From Candidatus Eiseniibacteriota bacterium (GTDB lineage: Bacteria; Eisenbacteria; RBG-16-71-46): a DNA stretch of 64,000 nt. The DNA lies in the NCBI GenBank assembly GCA_044223005.1, contig JBGAML010000001.1:1-64000 (forward strand), in the 5' to 3' direction. Of the stretch, positions 60,404 to 64,000 are shown piece after piece. Under the pieces are notes generated by a model. That model did no database searches. It was not told where the DNA came from and saw nothing but the letters and a program-made list of their open reading frames with translations. The position numbers were made by a program, and so were the translations under genes. Position 1 is the first letter of the stretch; each line of letters begins with the position of its first letter.

Positions 60404-62611
60404 TCAGTGCTCCGGCGTTCCGCGGTGCGGCGCGGGCGCCCCGCGGCCGGCCGTGCCGGCGGGCGGCGCCTCGCCCTTCGCTTCCGCTTCGGCCTTGGCG
60501 GCCTCTTCGGCCTCGACGATCCGCTTCCACTCGATGAAGTGTTCGTGGCGGAGCTGGGCCTCGGAGATGCGGCCGGTCAGCCACGTCCAGTTCATCGGGT
60601 AGACGTCCGGGTTGGCGATGTTCATGTACAGGTGCCAGACGACGATCGCGAGGAACGCGAGCCACGCCTCGTAGTAGTGGATGACCGTGGACAGGTCGAG
60701 GATCCACTTGGGCAACTCGCGCATGGACGAGTTGTTGAACCACAGCAGCCCGCCAGTGACGCTCATCACGACGGTGCCCCAGATGAGCGCCCAGTACTCC
60801 GCCTTCTCGATGTAGCCGAAGCGGTCGAACTGCGCCGGCTGGCGACGGAGCCCGAGCAGGTAGAGCATGTTGTTCACGAGATCGAACGCGTCCTGCACGC
60901 GCGGGAACAGGTCGAACACCAGCTGCCGGCCGCGCTTCGTCGTCATGTAGTAGACGTGGTAGAGCGACACCACGGTCATGATCACCGCGGCGACGCGATG
61001 CACGATGCTGCGCCACGCGTAGGCGCCTTCGAGTCGCGCCATCCACGAGAAGATCCACGACTCGGGGAACTTGAGCGCGAAGCCCGTGTACACGAGCGTG
61101 AAGAAGCTGATCGCGAGGCACGCGTGCTGGATGCGCTCGGCGACCGTCATGCGCTCGAACCAGCGCGTCGCCGTGTGGGCGTGCGGCTCGAGCCGGCCCA
61201 TGTGCACCTGCAGGCTGCCGCGGATCTTGCGCACGTAGTCGAGACCGTTGTGCAGCGCCATGAAGCCGATCGTGCCGAGGATGAGGCCCAGGTAGATGAG
61301 CCGGGCCCAGTAGGGCGCCGGGTTGTTCGGCATCGTCAGCGCGACGTGCACCGGTCCCATGCGGTACTTGGTGCCCGCTCCCGGGTGGCAGCGGCCGCAG
61401 GTCTTGCCGAGGTTTTCCTTCGAGATCATCGAGCGCGGGTCGGTCGACGGCAGCACGTCGTGGTAGCCGTGACAGCTCGCGCAGTTCGCCACCACGGGCG
61501 AGCCGCCGCGGGCGGCGAGGCCGTGGAAGCTGTCGCGATACGTCTCGAGCCGCCCCGCCGGCAGGCCGTAGGTCTCGCGGATCCCGGTCGCTTCGTGACA
61601 GCGCGAGCAGGTCTCGCTGACGTTGCCGGCCGCGACCGGCGAGTTCTCGTCGTGCGGCCCCTTGATCATGTGCTCGCCGTGGCAGTCGGTGCATACCGGC
61701 GACTTGGTGACGCCGCGCGCGAGCGCCGTGCCGTGGATGCCCGTGAGGTAGGCCTGCGCCTCCTTCTTGTGGCAGCGGCCGCACGTCCGCGGGATGTTCG
61801 CGCGGTAGATGCTCGACGTGGGGTCGTTGGCGCGCTTGAGCGTGTGGCTCTCGTGGCAGTCGTTGCACCGCGCCGCGTTCCACTTCTTCGAGCGCCCGTG
61901 CACGCTGCCGCGGAAGAGCTGCACGGCCTCGGGGATCGTGATCTTGCGCTTCGCCATCAGCTTGCGGTTGGCGTGGCAGCGCGCGCAGGTCTCGTCGAGG
62001 TTCTTGCGGCTCGTGGTCGACAGCGAATCACTGTGGGCGCGAAGTTCGTGCGTCTTCCCGTGGCAGTCCTTGCACGTCGAGGCGTCGGTGTCGCCGTTGG
62101 CGAGCGCCACACCGTGCACGCTGGTCCGGTACTGCTGGACCTCCTTCTCGTGGCACCGCGAGCAGGCAGCTCGTTCGGACGACTTCGCCGGTGTCACGTC
62201 GTGGGTGCCGTGGCACGCGATGCAGGCGGGGGTCCCACCGCCGTTCACCTTCACGTGCACGCCGGTCTCGAGCGCCGCCTTCGCCTTCTTGTGGCACGGC
62301 GTGCAGTCGACCTTCGGCAGGTGCGAGGGGTGCCGCGCCGTCGCGCCCTTGTGGCACGCCGTGCAGGCGAGCTTGCCGTGCACCGAGGCGCCGTAGGTGG
62401 CGCCGCTCACGGAGAGGTCGCCCGAACGCCCGACCGACCACGCCAGCGTGCGGTCCTTGTGGCACATCAGGCACTCGTCCTGGGACGCGCGCGCCTCGGG
62501 CGACTGCGCGTTCGCGCGCACCGGCCCCAGGCCGGCGAGCAGAACCGCCGCCGCGAGCGCGGCCGCCGTACGGACGAATCGTCCCCGGAGCCGGGTGCTG
62601 ATGGATCGCAT
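60404..62611 (-). CDS. CbcL-like fusion: 13-heme periplasmic cytochrome c plus FdnI/HydC-type cytochrome b
   Basis: Signal peptide; 13 CxxCH; C-terminal TM domain with ERIQH, VHRVAA...YH, EKAEYWA, IHYYEA...WH; GAGGAGG RBS. Confidence 0.9.
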   Translation of the reverse strand: MRSISTRLRGRFVRTAAALAAAVLLAGLGPVRANAQSPEARASQDECLMCHKDRTLAWSVGRSGDLSVSGATYGASVHGKLACTACHKGATARHPSHLPKVDCTPCHKKAKAALETGVHVKVNGGGTPACIACHGTHDVTPAKSSERAACSRCHEKEVQQYRTSVHGVALANGDTDASTCKDCHGKTHELRAHSDSLSTTSRKNLDETCARCHANRKLMAKRKITIPEAVQLFRGSVHGRSKKWNAARCNDCHESHTLKRANDPTSSIYRANIPRTCGRCHKKEAQAYLTGIHGTALARGVTKSPVCTDCHGEHMIKGPHDENSPVAAGNVSETCSRCHEATGIRETYGLPAGRLETYRDSFHGLAARGGSPVVANCASCHGYHDVLPSTDPRSMISKENLGKTCGRCHPGAGTKYRMGPVHVALTMPNNPAPYWARLIYLGLILGTIGFMALHNGLDYVRKIRGSLQVHMGRLEPHAHTATRWFERMTVAERIQHACLAISFFTLVYTGFALKFPESWIFSWMARLEGAYAWRSIVHRVAAVIMTVVSLYHVYYMTTKRGRQLVFDLFPRVQDAFDLVNNMLYLLGLRRQPAQFDRFGYIEKAEYWALIWGTVVMSVTGGLLWFNNSSMRELPKWILDLSTVIHYYEAWLAFLAIVVWHLYMNIANPDVYPMNWTWLTGRISEAQLRHEHFIEWKRIVEAEEAAKAEAEAKGEAPPAGTAGRGAPAPHRGTPEH

Positions 62612-63054
62612 CCTCTTCCTCCTCGTGACCGCGAACCCTCCGGCTCGGGAAGGAAGCCGCTGCTGGGAGCCGTTCGGACCTGGGTGTCGCCCAAGGCTAT
62701 AACGCAAACCGCGGACCACGCTCGCGCGGCGCCGCCGCGGCCGTATGTCGTGGCGCGACTTGCGCCCCGGCCTCCGCGCCCGGACAGAAACCGGCCCCGT
62801 TCCTGACATGCTGGCACCCCGCCCCCGCATCCCTGACAGTCCACCCGCGGGAGATCGGCCTTTCCCGCCGGGTCCGACCGGGCCGCAGAGCCGCAACTTC
62901 GTGGCCTGCTTGCCGGTCCGGGAATGGGCCCCCGGCGGCCTGCCCCTTGCTCACCTGACATGTGCCTTGCCCCCTGACGGGGCCCGCTCGCGGCCCCGGA
63001 CCCGCACCTCCATCGCGCGGCCAGCGGGCGATCCACGATCCGGTCGGAGGAATC

Positions 63055-64000
63055 ATGCGGCAGGAGCACGACGCGCGGTCCACCCAGGAACGCGCTCACG
63101 AATCGTCCCGTCCCCAGGCGCGCCCGCGGGCGCTGGCCGTGCTCGCGCTCGGCGTCACGATCGCCGTGCTCGCGTTCGCCGCGTGGGCGGCACCGACCAA
63201 GGCGCCGGCGAAGCCCGACGCGCCGCTGCCGGGCTCGGACGACTGCCTCAACTGCCACAAGTCCGGCGCGCCGAGCGTCGTGCGCAAGTTCAGCGAGGAC
63301 TCGGGCCCCAACTTCGACGGCACCGGGCTGCGCGCGTCGGCGCACGCCGGCGTCAAGTGCGCCGACTGCCACGCCGAGCTCAAGAGCGGCGACTTCCCGC
63401 ACGCGACGCGGCTCAAGAAGGTCGACTGCGGCAGCTGTCACGCGAACGAGAAGCAGCAGCACGACGCGAGCCTCCACGGCCAGGCCGAGCTGCGCGGCGA
63501 GAAGCTCGCGCCCACGTGCAAGTTCTGCCACGGCACGCACAACGTCCTGCACCCGAAGGACCTCGCGGCGCCCACGAACACGTCGAACGTGCCCGTGCTC
63601 TGCGGCCGCTGCCACCACGAGGGCTCGCCGGTCCAGCTGCAGTACCACATCCCGCAGGACTCGATCCTCACCAACTACTCCGAGTCGATCCACGGCGAAG
63701 GCCTGTACAAGAAGGGCCTGCTCAACACCGCCGTGTGCACGAGCTGCCACACCGCGCACTTCCAGCTGCCGCACACCGACCCGCGCTCGAGCATCGCGCG
63801 CCACAACGTCGCGAAGACGTGCGAGCAGTGCCACGTCCGGATCGAGAAGGTGCACGCGAAGATCGTCCGCGGCGAGCTGTGGGAGAAGGCGCCGAACCAG
63901 GTGCCGGCGTGCGTGGACTGCCACCAGCCGCACAAGGCGCGCCGCGTCTTCTACACGCAGGGCATGGCCGATCGCGACTGCATGATGTGCCACGGCAAGA
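63055..64000 (+). CDS. multiheme c-type cytochrome, N-terminal part (at least 9 CxxCH; runs off the window)
   Basis: GGAGG RBS. Manual translation gives a signal peptide then CLNCH, CADCH, CGSCH, CKFCH, CGRCH, CTSCH, CEQCH, CVDCH, CMMCH, with no stop. Absent from the ORF track. Confidence 0.92.
   Translation, partial: MRQEHDARSTQERAHESSRPQARPRALAVLALGVTIAVLAFAAWAAPTKAPAKPDAPLPGSDDCLNCHKSGAPSVVRKFSEDSGPNFDGTGLRASAHAGVKCADCHAELKSGDFPHATRLKKVDCGSCHANEKQQHDASLHGQAELRGEKLAPTCKFCHGTHNVLHPKDLAAPTNTSNVPVLCGRCHHEGSPVQLQYHIPQDSILTNYSESIHGEGLYKKGLLNTAVCTSCHTAHFQLPHTDPRSSIARHNVAKTCEQCHVRIEKVHAKIVRGELWEKAPNQVPACVDCHQPHKARRVFYTQGMADRDCMMCHGK

Noticed and set aside
62750..62830. sigma54 motifs (TGGCGCGACTTGC, TGGCACCCCGCCCCCGC) in the cytochrome divergent promoter
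   Set aside because: GG-to-GC spacing is 8 and 12 nt, not 10.

Overview
Very GC-rich bacterial chromosomal segment with about 55 CDS. The C-terminal FlgD-Ig-type tail on the secreted subtilase and the multiheme content suggest a Ca. Eisenbacteria/FCB-like organism (inference only). No rRNA, tRNA or CRISPR array was recognised. Most of the window is housekeeping and catabolic: mutY, moaA, murB, ackA, pgi, PPi-PFK, aguA/aguB, creD, lemA with an M48 protease, trpB2, pepT, POT and OPT peptide transporters, mmsA. The ORF track misses several real features: a truncated IS1-like transposase at the left edge, a CxxU Rdx/SelW-type selenoprotein with a SECIS-like hairpin (8507-8725), a 27-aa Trp-Trp-Trp leader peptide with a complete attenuator upstream of the stand-alone trpB2, and a truncated multiheme cytochrome at the right edge. 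The most striking systems are: (i) a Rieske/cytochrome b/9-heme/18-heme operon whose cytochrome b has lost both heme-bH histidines, next to a 13-heme CbcL-like cytochrome; (ii) a TPR-CHAT protease with a signal peptide, an ECF sigma factor and a membrane zinc anti-sigma factor in one cluster; (iii) a nested inverted-repeat element with covarying hairpins and a 22-bp tandem array at 52.5-53.05 kb. Start codons were refined by eye from RBS, -10 boxes and homology; they are best estimates.
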